A stretch of 64,000 nt of DNA from Guillardia theta CCMP2712 (Eukaryota; Protista; Cryptophyta), in assembly GCF_000315625.1 (NCBI RefSeq), contig NW_005434470.1, forward strand, positions 8,832 to 72,831, written 5' to 3'. Of this stretch, positions 12,965-25,019 are shown one piece after another. Made by a program: the position numbers and the translations under genes. The notes below the pieces were generated by a model. That model was not told where the DNA came from, did not search any database, and saw only the letters and a program-made list of their open reading frames with translations. Every line of letters starts with the position of its first letter. Position 1 is the stretch's first letter.

Positions 12965-15010
12965 TCAGGAGGAGGAGGAGGAGGAGGAGGAAAGAACAAG
13001 ACCGAGAGCGAGAGCAAGGAAGAGGAGGGAGAGGGAGGACAGGTAGGGAGAGGGAAGAGGAGGAGAGAGAGTGAGGGGACGCAACGAAGAAGAAGGATCT
13101 GAAGTTGGTCTAGACCACGGAGCACAAGAACTCCTGCGGCCGTTCTGTGAGAGGGAGGACCCGTCGATGTACCTCGAGTCCTCCGATGACGACCAAGTGC
13201 TTCTTTGCATCTCCTTCAAGGTACACCGATCGCCGGAGCAGGAGCAGGAGCGGTAGCAGCGGTCGAAGGGGACAGGGGAGGGAAAGGAGGAGGAAGAGGA
13301 GGGGGGGGCGGAGGCAAGGTGGGAAGGGCAGGAGGAGGAGAAGGAGGAGCAACAGCATCAGTCTAGCTAACACTCAGACCAACAGCAACTGGTGTCAATC
13401 AAGAGCATCGGCATCATCAGCATGGGAACGAACAGCCCCAAGGTCATCAAGATGTTTGCTGATAGATCCATGGCTGACTTCGACGAGGTGAAGTCTTGCT
13501 GCAGCTGCTGCCCCCCGAATGCCTCCTGCCATCCTCAGACTCCCCTGCTCCTCCCACTCCTGCTCCTCTCACCTGTTTCATCCTGTCCTGTCCTGTCCTG
13601 TCCTGTCCTGCCCTGTCCTGTCCTGTCCTGTCCTGTCCTGTCCTGTCCTGTCCTGTCCTGTCCTGTCCTGTCCTGTCCTCCCCTCCCCTCCCCTCCCCTC
13701 CCCTCCTGTCCTTCCCTGTCCTCCCCTGTCCTCCCCTGTCCTGTCCTGTCCTCTCCTCTCCTGCCCTCTCCTCTCCTGTCCTCTCCTGTCCTCTCCTGTC
13801 CTCTCCTGTCCTCTCCTCCTCCCCCTTCTTCTCTCCGTCCACCCTCTCTATCTTCGCTTCCTCGCTCATATCCTTCGCTTCCCAAGGCCGAGACTGCTGA
13901 GCCCTCTGCTCTACTGGATCTGGAGGAGGAAGGAGACGGGAAGCTTCGCACGATAGAGCTGAGCGAAGTTGGAAATGAGGCGCTTTTCAAGAATGTGAGG
14001 CGACTTTTGTAGTTGTTTCGTTAGTCGCCCTCGCGGCACTGACGTGTCAAGACGCAACCTGACTTGCTGTGAAGATTCGTGAGATGACAATCTTCGTGCA
14101 AGGGAGCCATGGGTAGCGTGTTGCTGCTTGCTCGTGCTGAATCGGCTCCTCCTTCTCCTTTTCCTTCTCCTTCTTTTTCTCCTGCTCCTCCTGCTGCTGC
14201 TTATCCTCCTCCTCATTGTCCTGCTGCTGCTGCTGCTCCTTCTCCTCCCTTCTCCTCCCTTCTTCTCCCTTCTCCTCCCTTCTCCTCCCTGATCTTGCTG
14301 CTACTGCTGCTGTTGCTCCTCCTCCTCCTCCTCCTCCTCTCTCCTATGCTTGCTGTTGAGCTTCTACGTGCAAGTGTTTGATCGCACCAACAGAGGAGAC
14401 AAGACAGTGATTGGATGGCTTGGCCTCCTGGTGATCTCATTTCCCTTGTCGCTATCCGCTACTACTCATGCAGCCTTCTCACTTGGCCTTCCATCAGCTC
14501 CCCTACCTGCTTTCCTCCTCCTCCCCCTTCCTCCTCTCTTCCTCCCTGAGAGACTGTGGCAGGGCGAGAACGGCTCCAAGGTTGGAGTTGTAGAGGACGC
14601 GACGTACGAGCTCCGTCCTCTTAACGGTAAGAGGAGGAGAAGGGGGTAAAGGCGGTCAGGGGTAGGAGGAGGAGGAGGAGGAGGAGGAGGAGGAGGACCG
14701 AAGAAGGCAACTAAAGAGCAAAGTAGCAAAGTAGGATGATGATGAGGAGCTTGAGAATAAGCAGCGGGGTAGCAATGAAAAGGGGACATGCCGAGCAAGA
14801 GGCTGAGGAGAGGAGAAGGAGAGGAATGCGTATAAAAGAAATTTTCTGGATGTAGCTCAGAAGATGTTGTTGAGGAAGCGATACAACAGTGAGCAGGTAG
14901 AGGAAGAGGGAAAGAACTTCAGAAGATGGCTTGGGACATATTCACATGCTCTACCTCCAGGTTTTCAGACAATGCAGACGACTGGCCCAAGGTATACAAC
15001 AGGCTTCTAA
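12590..15010 (+). CDS. PITH-domain protein with N-terminal signal peptide, S/R-rich linker and LRLRGG motif
   Basis: Exon 1 reads ...FFLLASLLLLLLLLNSGACLG-ASSLQMKPSSRSSCSRSSSILRLRGG. Spliced downstream exons give YLESSDDDQVLLCISFK / LVSIKSIGI...SPKVIKMFADRSMADFDEAE / FKNVR / GDKTVIGWLGLLGE, matching the PITH pattern. Stop TAA at 15008-15010. Confidence 0.8.
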
Positions 15011-15241
15011 TCACAAAATGATGATGTTGGACGTCTTTCGTCGTCCTTGCAAATTCTGCTTCACCATGATCATCATCATGATCGTCGTCATCGTGATCAA
15101 TGAAAACAACGATTACAACAACGTTCTCTGTATCTTAGTCGTTCTGTAGTATCATTCGTCATCTCAGCCATGATTGAGAGATTTAAGATTTTCAACATCT
15201 TGTCTTGTTTTTGCTCACAATGAAGTTGTAGTCTGCTTCTC

Positions 15242-17082
15242 TCAGACCTTTCCTGTCCCTACAACTGCCGTCCATTCTCTCACACGCCAGCTCTTGACAA
15301 GCCCGTTGACAAAATCTGCAACGGAAATCAGCAGGGGAGGAGCTGGAGGAGCTGGAGGAGCTGGAGCGTACAAGGGTCATCCTCCACAAACTGTTTGATC
15401 TCCGAGTCGGTGACGTCCTTGAAGATGAACATAGCGCTATCTACCTACTCGTGTCGTCAGAGAGAGAAAGAAGAGAGAGGAGTGAGAGAGTGAGGAGAGG
15501 GGATGAAGAGGAGGAAGAAGGAGACAGGATGGGAGCAGAGGGTCGGGGAGTGAACGGTAGGGAAGATGATGACGAAACGACGATGACAAGACAAGACAAG
15601 ACAAGACAAGACAGGACAAGACAAGACAAGACAAGACAAGGAAAGGCAAGGCAAGGCAAGACAAGACAAGACAAGACAAGGCAAGGCAAGACAAGGCAAG
15701 ACAAGGCAAGGCAAGGCAAGGCAAGAAAAGACAAGACAAGGCAAGGCAAGGCAAGGCAAGGCAAGGCAAGGCAAGACAAGGCAAGGCAAGAAATAACATG
15801 ACAGAACAGGACAAACATGAAAAAGGCGATAAATCTCATACCGGGTTGGCCATGGCACCAGCAAGAACAAGTTTTCCTGATTTGATGAACATGAGAAGAT
15901 ACAACAAGAGAAGGGAGAACCGAGTGAGCTGGAAGAAAAGAGGAGGGGGGGGGAGCAGAGAGATGCAAGGAGCAAGGAGGAACGGGAAGGGATGGTAGGA
16001 GGAGGGTGAAGAAGCAGGAAGAGACAGAAGATGTAACGGAGCAAGAAGAAGGAAGGGGAGAAGGAAAGGAGAAGCTAAAAGAGCACAGGGAGGAGGATTT
16101 GACAACTGCGAGATGAAGAGAAAAGTGGACAAGGAGGGAGGACATGGGCTCGTGCGAAAGGAGATTCATGTTTCACCGTCATCTTCCAATTTCTTGGCAG
16201 CAGCAATATGACCAGCTCGATGCGGTCCCCTCAGCTCTAGGATCTGGATGAAACTCAGCAGGCACGAGGAGAGAAGAGGAGGAAAACAACGAGTGTGGAC
16301 GAGAGGGAGGGGGAAGGGAAGAAATTCAAGGTGAAGACGCGGGAGGAGAAGCGGGAGGAAAAGAGGAAGGGAAAGACACAGGGGAGACAAGGGTGAACGA
16401 GGTGGACGAGAAGAAGGAGAAGAAGGAGAAAAGGAGAGGGAGTAGAGAAGGAAGCGAGTGAGAGAGAGGGGGAGTTCTGAGTAATCGCTACTCACATCGG
16501 GTACATATTCATAGTGGAGGACGCGGAGGTTGCAGGGAGACTGGGGACTTAAAGTCGACATGTAAGCCTGAGAGGAGGGTAAGGGAGGTAGCAGCTGAGA
16601 GGAGGGTGAGGAAGGTAGCAGCTGAGAGGAGGACAAGGGAGGTAGCAGCTGAGAGGAGGACAAGGGAGGTAGCAGCTGAGAGGAGGATAAGGGAGGTAGC
16701 AGCTGAGAGGAGGGTGAGGGAGGTAGCAGCTGATTTCCTTACCTGGCCCCCTCGGAGCCTCGTTGCGAGCTGAGGTCTGCTGGCAGTTAAGATGGACGTG
16801 GCTCACTCCCACGAGAGTAGTAGGAGCGGAAGTTGATAGATGGGAGAGGAGGGGAGAGAGAGAGAAGGAAAGAGAGAAGATGATCAAGGAAAGGGGGGGG
16901 AAGAGGGTGAAGGGGAAGGGGGAGAGAGCGGGAAAGAGGAGGGAGAGGGAGAANNNNNNNNNNNNNNNNNNNNNNNNNNNNNNNNNNNNNNNNNNNNNNN
17001 NNNNNNNNNNNNNNNNNNNNNNNNNNNNNNNNNNNNNNNNNNNNNNNNNNNNNCAGGGGCAGGGGCAGGGAGCAGGAGTCAG

Positions 17083-17114
<32 letters not shown>

Positions 17115-17242
17115 GGCAGGGGCAGGGGCAGGGGCAGGGGCAGGGGCAGGGGCAGTAGCAGTAGCAGGAGCAGGAGCAGGATCAGGAGCAGGAGCAGGAG
17201 CAGGAGACGCGCATGTTAGCAGTACCTGGTGGCAGCTCGCAT
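15242..17242 (-). CDS. YCII-related domain protein with N-terminal extension containing RLRGG; 5' part interrupted by an assembly gap
   Basis: Spliced exons: ATRLRGGQ / AYMSTL...VLHYEYVPD / ILELRGPHRAGHIAAAKKLEDD / GKLVLAGAMANP / DSAMFIFKDVTDSEIKQFVEDDP / FVNGLVKSWRVREWTAVVGTGKV*. These carry the YCII R..HR.GH, G.L..AG and DP..NG...W motifs. The start at 17242 is tentative. Confidence 0.75.
16570..16732. repeat. 27-bp intronic minisatellite, ~6 copies
   Basis: Unit GAGAGGAGG(G/A)(T/C)(A/G)AGGGAGGTAGCAGCT repeated head to tail inside a YCII intron. Confidence 0.9.
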
Positions 17243-17383
17243 TGCGAATTTGTTACTCGCCTAGGCGGGTTTGTTTTTGAGGTGAGGGGAAGAGAGCAAG
17301 GAGGAGGAGGAGAGTCGAGGGGTCGAGAGCAAGAGAACGAGGGAGGGAGTTAGAGGGAGCTAGACTGAGGATAGATCTTCTAG

Positions 17384-18530
17384 ATGGGCAGATCCTGCAC
17401 CCTCCTGGTCCTGTCCTTCGTCCTCGCATGCTCGAGCTCGGCATTTTGCTTCTCCCTTGCCACCATGGGCTGCAGACGGAGAACGAACTTCCTTACGGCC
17501 ACGAGCATGGCAGACAGTGACAAGTTCCGGCATGCTGGTCCTGCCACTCCTCCTCCCTCCTACAAGGACGAGCTCTGGTGGGACCGCACCGCGCTCAGCA
17601 TGTTTCGGGGAGCCATGGTGAAGAACCTCGGGCAAGACGTCATGGAGCAAGGGTATGATGGTGTGATGCGACTAGCGCTCATGCTAAATCAGAGGTGAGC
17701 ACGCACAACAATACCTTCCTCCCCCCGCACTGAGGCAGCGCCCTCAGCGCCCTCCCTTACTCCTGCCCCCCTTGCTCATCTCTTGTGCATGCTGCTTGAA
17801 CAGCAGGTTGTACCATGACATGGTTGCTTGCTTCAGGTATGAACCTCTGGAGACCCGCGCGAGGACGCGATCGATCTTGCGATCTCTTTTCCCTGTCTTC
17901 ATCATCAAGCTCTTTCCTCTCATGTTCGCCCGGCCGTTCCCAGCATTCTCAGCCAAGCTCAACGCCTACATCACGTCGGTGACCTGCTCCTGGCTCATGG
18001 GCCCGATGAAGCTCTTTGATCTCAAGGCTGAGGAGATGGAGGACGACTGGGGGGATGGTGAGGTGATATGTTGCCTCGCGACTGCCATGACGAGATGCAG
18101 GAAAGAGTCAGGGGATTCTTGTCGAGAGATGTCGTTTCTTAGAGGAATCGGTTGCTTGATGTCGTGCAGAAGACAAACATGGTGTGTTGAGACTTGTAAC
18201 AGGGATGTGCGAGTGTTTGTATCAACACGTGCAAAGTGCCTACGCAAGAATTCTTCATCAAAGATATGGGCATTCCGTTGTCAATGGTGACAGATGCAGC
18301 GATTGCTGACAAAGATTGACGTGAGAACAGGAGCCCAACTATGACACGTTTGAATGCGAGTTCAAGTTTGGGAAGAGACCTTTGCAGCAAGATACGGATG
18401 AGATCTTTGTGAGATGATTCCTCGGTAAAGGTTGTTGTATGACTTTTGCTGCAAGACCACTCCCTGCTTCCAACAGTGTCCCAGCAAAGGAAATCTTCGG
18501 CTGAAACATCAAAGTGGGCGATGCAAATGA
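17384..18530 (+). CDS. D27: Beta-carotene isomerase D27-like protein with bipartite plastid presequence
   Basis: Signal peptide MGRSCTLLVLSFVLACSSSA|F. Spliced exons include GYDGVMRLA, CSWLMGP, GILVERCRFLEES-GCASVCINTCKVPTQEFFIKDMGIPLSM-EPNYDTFECEFKFGKRP and TPCFQQCP, the DWARF27 family signature. Confidence 0.9.
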
Positions 18531-19171
18531 TGAATCTTTGTCAACATGTCTTCCTCTCCTTGGTGTTAGTTGTTGTCTTCTCTCTGCCTGTTGTGGCTGT
18601 TTCTTTTTCTGCTTATTATAGATTGACTGAGTGTCTTCTTCGTTTGCAAAGAAGGGGACAGCGTCATGAGCACTCATGATTTCGAACAACTCTGCAACAC
18701 GATCTTGAAAGATTCTCAGGTGACATGCTGTTTGTTGTTTCATGTTTGCTGCTGATATCTTCGCGTCAAATGTTCATGCTCTATATCCTCAAACATGATT
18801 TCTGTTTTTGGGGTCGTTGAAATGCCTGTGCAGTATGACACATCCATTCCTTCAAAGCAAGATTTCATCGACAACCTCTTCCGGAAATGAAACAACCTTT
18901 AGCCCTGCGTCAGCCCCAATGCACCTTCGATGTCTTCCAGGATCAAGACGGATTGCAGACTTTCATGGTCATTCACACCTGGATGTTACGCTGCCCGTGA
19001 GGATACGAATATTTATTAAACTAGGATAGATTAAATCTTTACAACACTATTGATGAAATCACTTCGATGATGAAAAGCTTGTGTAAGAGTATGAAAGAAA
19101 GATAAGAAGATAGAGGAAAGCAGCGATAAAAGAAAACAAGTAAGGCATGTTAGGAAGGAGAAATATTCCCC

Positions 19172-19890
19172 TTAGTTCAGTAGGTTGGCAACTGACGAGC
19201 TCTTGTTCTGGTCGTCCGATCCACCGCTTTGTTGGAGCAGCTTCAGAGTCTCCGCAAGGAGTTCCGCATCCTTGAAAGTTTGATCGTCCACCATGCATGC
19301 AGTTTTCGAGCCTGTTCTGCATGCTTTTGACGTTGTTCGGCTTGCGCTCTGCTTGCTCTGAACTGATCTGTAGGGCCATTTCTTGATTCCAAGCTTTCTG
19401 CATGCCGACTTCATCGCTGTAGCTGAGATCCCAAGCTTCACGGCTGCCTCATGTAGGGGGAGGTGAAGAACTGTTGTAGAGTCTTCTCGTTGAGCACGAC
19501 AGGCTTGCTGTTGACCCTCGTGTGCTGGCCAGCCTTGCGGCGGGGGAAGATGGTGTTGAAGACCTTGGGGGCAGTAATCTCATCCCCGCGGGAGGGAGAA
19601 GCAGGCTCCGTGGAGGGCCATGAAGGTGACGGGGTGCGGTGCGGCGACTCCTCTGGTGAGACAGGGACTGTTGAGCTTGATGAGGTGGGAGACATCGCCT
19701 GTTGGTAACCTCCGTTCCCTCCTCCAGCATTGACGTCAGAGGGGGTTACATCCTTCTCCTCTGTGCACATGGCAAGGCGAAGGAGATTATCGAAGGCCAG
19801 GCGCTGAGCGTCCGACATCTGGTCGTCTCCCTTGACTTCCTTCTTGACGTCGGCAGAGTTGTTTTGCTTCAAAATGCTTCGAGTTGCCAT
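19172..19890 (-). pseudogene. RWP-RK transcription factor with a 1-bp frameshift at ~19455-19463 (pseudogene or assembly error)
   Basis: ORFs 19438-19890 and 19172-19441 join into TIFPRRKAGQ...LNEKTLQQFFT[fs]LHEAAVKLGISATAMKSACRKLGIKKWPYR. One base is missing relative to the paralogue at 24041-24871. Confidence 0.8.
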
Positions 19891-20789
19891 TGAGATCGTA
19901 ACTGAAACAACACAAGCAGTCAGTCATTGTTTCACATAGGAGACCTTGCTCAGTGGCGATGTAAGGCATGCCAGAACTACACGATGCGACCGCTCACCAC
20001 ACTACAGCTATTGGCACCATTCCTTCTACGAAATCCTAATACAAGCAGTTTCAAGTTTGCATATGATACAGACTAGCCGAGAATTCAAATCAAAACACAA
20101 TCATGGATCTAAAGAATGTCACTTCCCAAAAAGCCGTCAGGTGCTCTATTTCAGACATGCTTTGTGTACCTCCTATCCAGGACATAAAAGGAGAGAAATC
20201 AAACTGAAGCAAACACTTCAGATGGTAGTGAAACTTATCATCAGTATCATTCCGATGAACGTGCATGATTCCGGGACAGCAACAATAGCAATCATTGCAC
20301 AGATCGGCCTGTAAGAGGACGTATGCCCACATGTAAACCAGCTGTAAAAATACAGGCCGGTGACGAAAATCAGCATGCATATCACTCAAATTCGACAAAA
20401 TCTGGCCATATTATTGATTTGAGCACGAGAGATAATCATTTTGCACTTGGAATTCAATACAACACGCGCACAACCTGTAAATTTACACCCTCTACAGCAC
20501 ATGCGACCGCAGGCATTGCCCGGTTCAGAAAGCACTTTGTTGTGCGAAAGAACTACTCGGACTTCGCATATGGCATCAGAACACTGTGACACAATAGAAT
20601 CACAGTACAGCATTCAATTTTCGCAGAGCTGCACACACAGGAATCGAGGGGCAAAGTACTTGCAGACAGAATGCGTTGGCATACATATTTGCACAGATGG
20701 TCAGCAACATGCAAAAACTAGGTGTCTTGAGCTGAATCTATGAGGTCATCATTGCATCTCGATCATTTCTTTGGCTTGGCGCGTTACTT

Positions 20790-23020
20790 TCACGCGCATA
20801 GTTGCGACTCTATTAATTCGGGCGGAGGGGCATGGCGGGGGGACGCGGGAGAGTCTTGCCAGCAAGTCTCCAAAAGCATAGGGTAGGGGTGGAAAAGTGG
20901 AGGGTGTACAGGGTAGAGGTGGGGTACAGTGGTCAATAGGGTAGGTAGTTTGGGGAACAGGGTGTGAGTTACAATCCGGGAAGATACTGATTGGGGGTAG
21001 CAATTCAAGTGAGGTGTGTGGGGGGTAGGGTGTTGCAATGTTTCAGCCGAAGGGTGGTCGGGTCTTTGACACATGGGTCTTTGTTTAGATCAGGCGAACA
21101 GTACCGGTAATGTGTAGAGGAAAATTCAGCGCACCCGGGGGGTGCAACTGATGTTTTAAAGTTGTAGGGGTACTCCGCAATTTCCTGGGGGGGGGTGGTC
21201 TAAATTGGGAGGGTGGACTATTCATTCCCGAAGGCGTGGAAGGAATCGATGTTCTTTCCGGGGTAGGGTAGTTTCTGGATATGGGTAGGGGTAGATAATG
21301 ATCTCTTGTCTCTGGGTACCCTTTCAAGTTTTGGAAGGAATGTTGATGCTCGAGTAAACTCAGGGGGTAGGGGTCCTATATGTCTTGGATGCCAGGAATC
21401 ATTATCTAGGAGGTGCAAGTGGTGAAGGTGGGGTGGGTATGTGGTGACGTGGACCTCTAGGGTGGGGTATTGATTTTTGGAATGATTTGGACCCCACCGG
21501 GTTCAGCCTTCCGGGGGCATGGGTCGGAACAAAAGGGTTGTCAACTGATCAAAAACGGTGGGTAGAAAATAGAGAAAAAGGGGGTACATTACCGGCAAGG
21601 GTGCTCAAAATGATGTGGTGGGTAGGGTAGCAGTGATGGGTGAGGCTGGGGTTCATTCTGGTATGGCAGACCGGTGGGGTGGAACAGTTTGTTCTTGTCC
21701 AATGGGGTAGATGAGGATTGTAGGGTGGGTAGGTGAAGGTAGCGAAAGGATAAAACTTGCCCTAGCAAGGTTCAAAGCGGGGCCGAAATAACATGACGAG
21801 GGTGGGGTAGATGAGACCAATGGCATTGGGTAGATGCCTCACCACCGGTGCCGAACAATCAACTTCTCTCGTTGGGTGGGGTAGGCTTATCAGACGTGGT
21901 GGGCATTTCGGGAAGTACAGCTTGAAATAGAAATACTCAATTGGTGTATCGAGAGGAAAACGCGATGGTAGCACCTTGCGACGAAGAAGTCGATGTAGCT
22001 GCAGAACACTTTTCCGAAAAATATCAAGTGGGGTGATTCACTACCAGGGGTAGGTAATCGACGTAGGAAGGTAATGGAAGTAGGGTAGTTTCTAGTTTGA
22101 GGGGTACTGGGGCCTGTAAGTTTGAAAGGACTTATTTCAAAAAATGGGAATGTACCGGTTATTTGCAGTCAATTTACATCCATTGTGGGTAGGGTAGGTG
22201 TAAGGCCCCGTCTTTTATATGACGACAGCAGGCTCAGACAGGGGGTACATGCATCTGAATGCAGAGGTACGGGTGGAGGGCAGGGGATGGGATATTGATG
22301 GTCTGGAACTGTAGTTATGACTAAGGGTAGGGTGGACTTGAGTAGGGGTAGGGTGCGTGAGGTTCATATTAGGGATTCTAGGTCCATGGGGTAGGGTGGT
22401 AGGGGTACTTGAAATGAACCTTCCCCTCCACTTGAAATAGGACTCTCTGCTTGACCACCATGGACCCTGTTCTAGAACAGAGAGCGAGTGCTGTTCGTGA
22501 TGGAAAAAGGTAGGGTACTCAAGGTTTAAAGAAGGGGTACTAAAATTTTGGAATGAATAGGGTAGGTAGTGATTTTGGCCCCTTAGCTACTGTTTGTGCG
22601 TGGACCCAAACATGGTATGTCCAACCCTACCAAATGCGTAGTAAAAAAGCTTGAATAGACCGGTAGCAAATGATAGAATGAGGGGTTCAGAGACCACAAC
22701 CCTCCCGGGCTCCCTTGAGACATCGCAAGCTTTCTGTGACCCTCCTATAGATTTGTACCGGTGGTACCGGGTACCCCTATTTCTACTGAACAAAACAAGT
22801 AAACGAGGGGGTACAAGATAAACTCAATCAACATGTACCCCATACCGACGCTTCATTCCTAAAGACAAAGCTGCCGGTCTACGTACCACTCACCTGTTGC
22901 CTTTGATCGGTGAAATGGGGTGGGTGCTCCGACCCACCCCAGTTGTGATGCGAACAACGAGGGGTCCATGGCGACAAACGAAAGGTCATGCGACAGGTAC
23001 AAATTGAAGGCGACACTCAG
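20790..23020. mobile_element. Putative non-coding or degenerate repeat element with GGGTAGGG/GGGGTAC-rich interior and distinct end segments
   Basis: Abrupt compositional shift, dozens of GGGTAG/GGGGTA words with strong G skew, no credible ORF or splice pattern. End segments (~20790-20880 and ~22740-23020) are of ordinary complexity. No TIR or TSD was identified. Confidence 0.4.
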
Positions 23021-23780
23021 TTCGGCGAACTCATCAGGCTGAGGCCGGGCCGGGCCGCAAGAGAGGGCCGGGCCCAGCCGCGCGGCGCGGCGAGTCCTGG
23101 CACGGCCACCCCGGCCCACCGTCCACAGCGGCAAGCTTGGCGGCAACTTCGCGGTCCGGCATCCCGGAGCCTGTCCCGGCGGTGACCCGGCCCGGTCCGC
23201 CGCGGGCCGGGCGGGCGGGCCGCCGCGAGGCTCAATGAGTCAGGCGGGTCGCCGCGCCGGCCCGGGGCCCTGTTGAGTGACTGTGCCGGGCAGCGGCCGC
23301 GGGCGGCGGGCCCTCGGCCGCGTGACTCCGAACTTCGGAACTTAGCTGCCGAGTCCTGGCGCCGATCGGATTGACGCCGCCGGGTCCGGCGGCGTCAGGC
23401 CGGCAGTGCCCGGGGGGCCGGTCACCGCCTACCGTGAGTCAAGGGCCTGAGCCTTGCCGGCCCGGCCCGTACCGTACCGTAGTACCGTGGGCCGAGGCAC
23501 GGTACGGCGTGACTCAGTGACGGCGGCACTGAACGGTCACGGGCCGCGGGCTCCTCGGCCGCCCGACGGGCGGCCGACCGACCGGTGACCTCGGACGGCC
23601 GACCGACCGGTGACCCGCCGGTCACGGCCGGGTCTGGCCGGTGACGGTGATCAGTGCGGCCGCTGAGTCCGACCGTCCAAGAAAGTTCCGATGATCTGGG
23701 CCGGCGGTGATGAGCTTAACTTGTTGAATCGGGCACGGTTCCATGAGATGGTGCCACCGATCATACGACCTGCCAACTGG
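23020..23780. repeat. CCGG-rich island 2
   Basis: Very GC-rich. Perfect palindromes at 23019-23031 and 23372-23397. CCGAACTTCGGAA at 23328-23340 is identical to 27524-27536. Confidence 0.65.
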
Positions 23781-24040
23781 AACGCATCTCTGAACCTTGC
23801 TATGATGTGAATGCGTTCCATGATGAATCATGATTTGAATGTAGATTGAAGAGAGACTGCAGAGGATCGGAGGATCGTGAAAGCAAGATGCCAACAATAG
23901 CAACGCACATTGCATCAGAACGGTTTTATTTCATGTTTTGTGTATATTCATCTAATCTATAGCGAGCCCACAGCGAGTGGGAAATAATATATCACGGAAT
24001 CACTTAAAGGTAATGAGAAAGAATAGTATAGCAGGTGTTC

Positions 24041-24871
24041 TCAGTTCAGCAATCTTGCAACCGAGTTGTCAGAAACCTGAGATTCAGTGGATGAATGTCT
24101 TCCTTTGTGCAGAAGCGCCAGCGTCTCTGCAACAAGCTCGGCATCCTTGCACAAAACAGTCCCTTCCTCTTTCTTAGACGAACTCTTTGCTTGTGGTGAA
24201 GATGGAGAAGAAGACACTGAAGAAATAGAGAACCCTTTCTGTGCGTTCTTGGAGCTTTGAACAGTTCTATAGGGCCATTTCTTGATTCCAAGCTTTCTGC
24301 ATGCCGACTTCATCGCTGTAGCTGAGATCCCAAGCTTCACGGCTGCCTCATGCAATGGAAGCGTGAACAGCTCCTGCAAAGTCTTCTCGTTGAGCACCAC
24401 AGGCTTGCTGTTGACTCTAGTGTGCTGGCCAGCCTTGCGGCGTGGAAAAATGGTGTTGATACCTTGCGATGACGAGGATCCCTCGGTCACGTTGGTTGGA
24501 GAAGGAGGAGAAGTGGATGGCCAAGAAGGTGACGGTGTCCTATGCGGTGTTTGTACTGGAGATGCTGCCATGTTCGGGATAGACGAAACCATAGATCCGT
24601 TGGTAGAGAACTGCGAGGCAGCAAAGGCAGAAGATTGAGGATATCCCTGAGAGGTCTGTGTGGGAGCGCATTGAGCCATCGAAGTCTGATTCAGATTGTT
24701 TGAAAGAGCAAGCCGAAGGAGACTATCGAAAGGAAGAGGATGTACTCCGAGCGAGAACGAGTTCTGTGTATTTGTCAAAGAGGGTAATCCATAACAAGAA
24801 GAGTATCCTCGTTGGTCAATCATCTGCTGTTGCTGTAGAAGCCCAGACTGAAGGTTTGCAAGTGTTGCCAT
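24041..24871 (-). CDS. RWP-RK transcription factor, intronless (276 aa)
   Basis: TIFPRRKAGQHTRVNSKPVVLNEKTLQELFTLPLHEAAVKLGISATAMKSACRKLGIKKWPYR, an RWP-RK domain with the KWPYR variant. Confidence 0.92.
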   Translation of the reverse strand: MATLANLQSGLLQQQQMIDQRGYSSCYGLPSLTNTQNSFSLGVHPLPFDSLLRLALSNNLNQTSMAQCAPTQTSQGYPQSSAFAASQFSTNGSMVSSIPNMAASPVQTPHRTPSPSWPSTSPPSPTNVTEGSSSSQGINTIFPRRKAGQHTRVNSKPVVLNEKTLQELFTLPLHEAAVKLGISATAMKSACRKLGIKKWPYRTVQSSKNAQKGFSISSVSSSPSSPQAKSSSKKEEGTVLCKDAELVAETLALLHKGRHSSTESQVSDNSVARLLN

Positions 24872-25019
24872 TGTCTTGATTGGAGAGCAGGTAACAGGAG
24901 TGTGTTGGATAGGGGAGAGTGTGTGCTTTGACAGGAGAACCTGATTCGCAGAGGAACGAGGCCAGGGTGCAGCGATCGTAGGGATGCAAGGGGAGGAGAC
25001 GCTTATGAAGACACGAGGA

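Noticed and set aside
16570-16732. 27-bp repeats as a possible CRISPR array
   Set aside because: Units are contiguous with no unique spacers and lie in a eukaryotic intron.
20880-22740. GGGTAGGG tract as interstitial telomeric repeat
   Set aside because: The words are dispersed, not tandem, and do not match TTAGGG or TTTAGGG.
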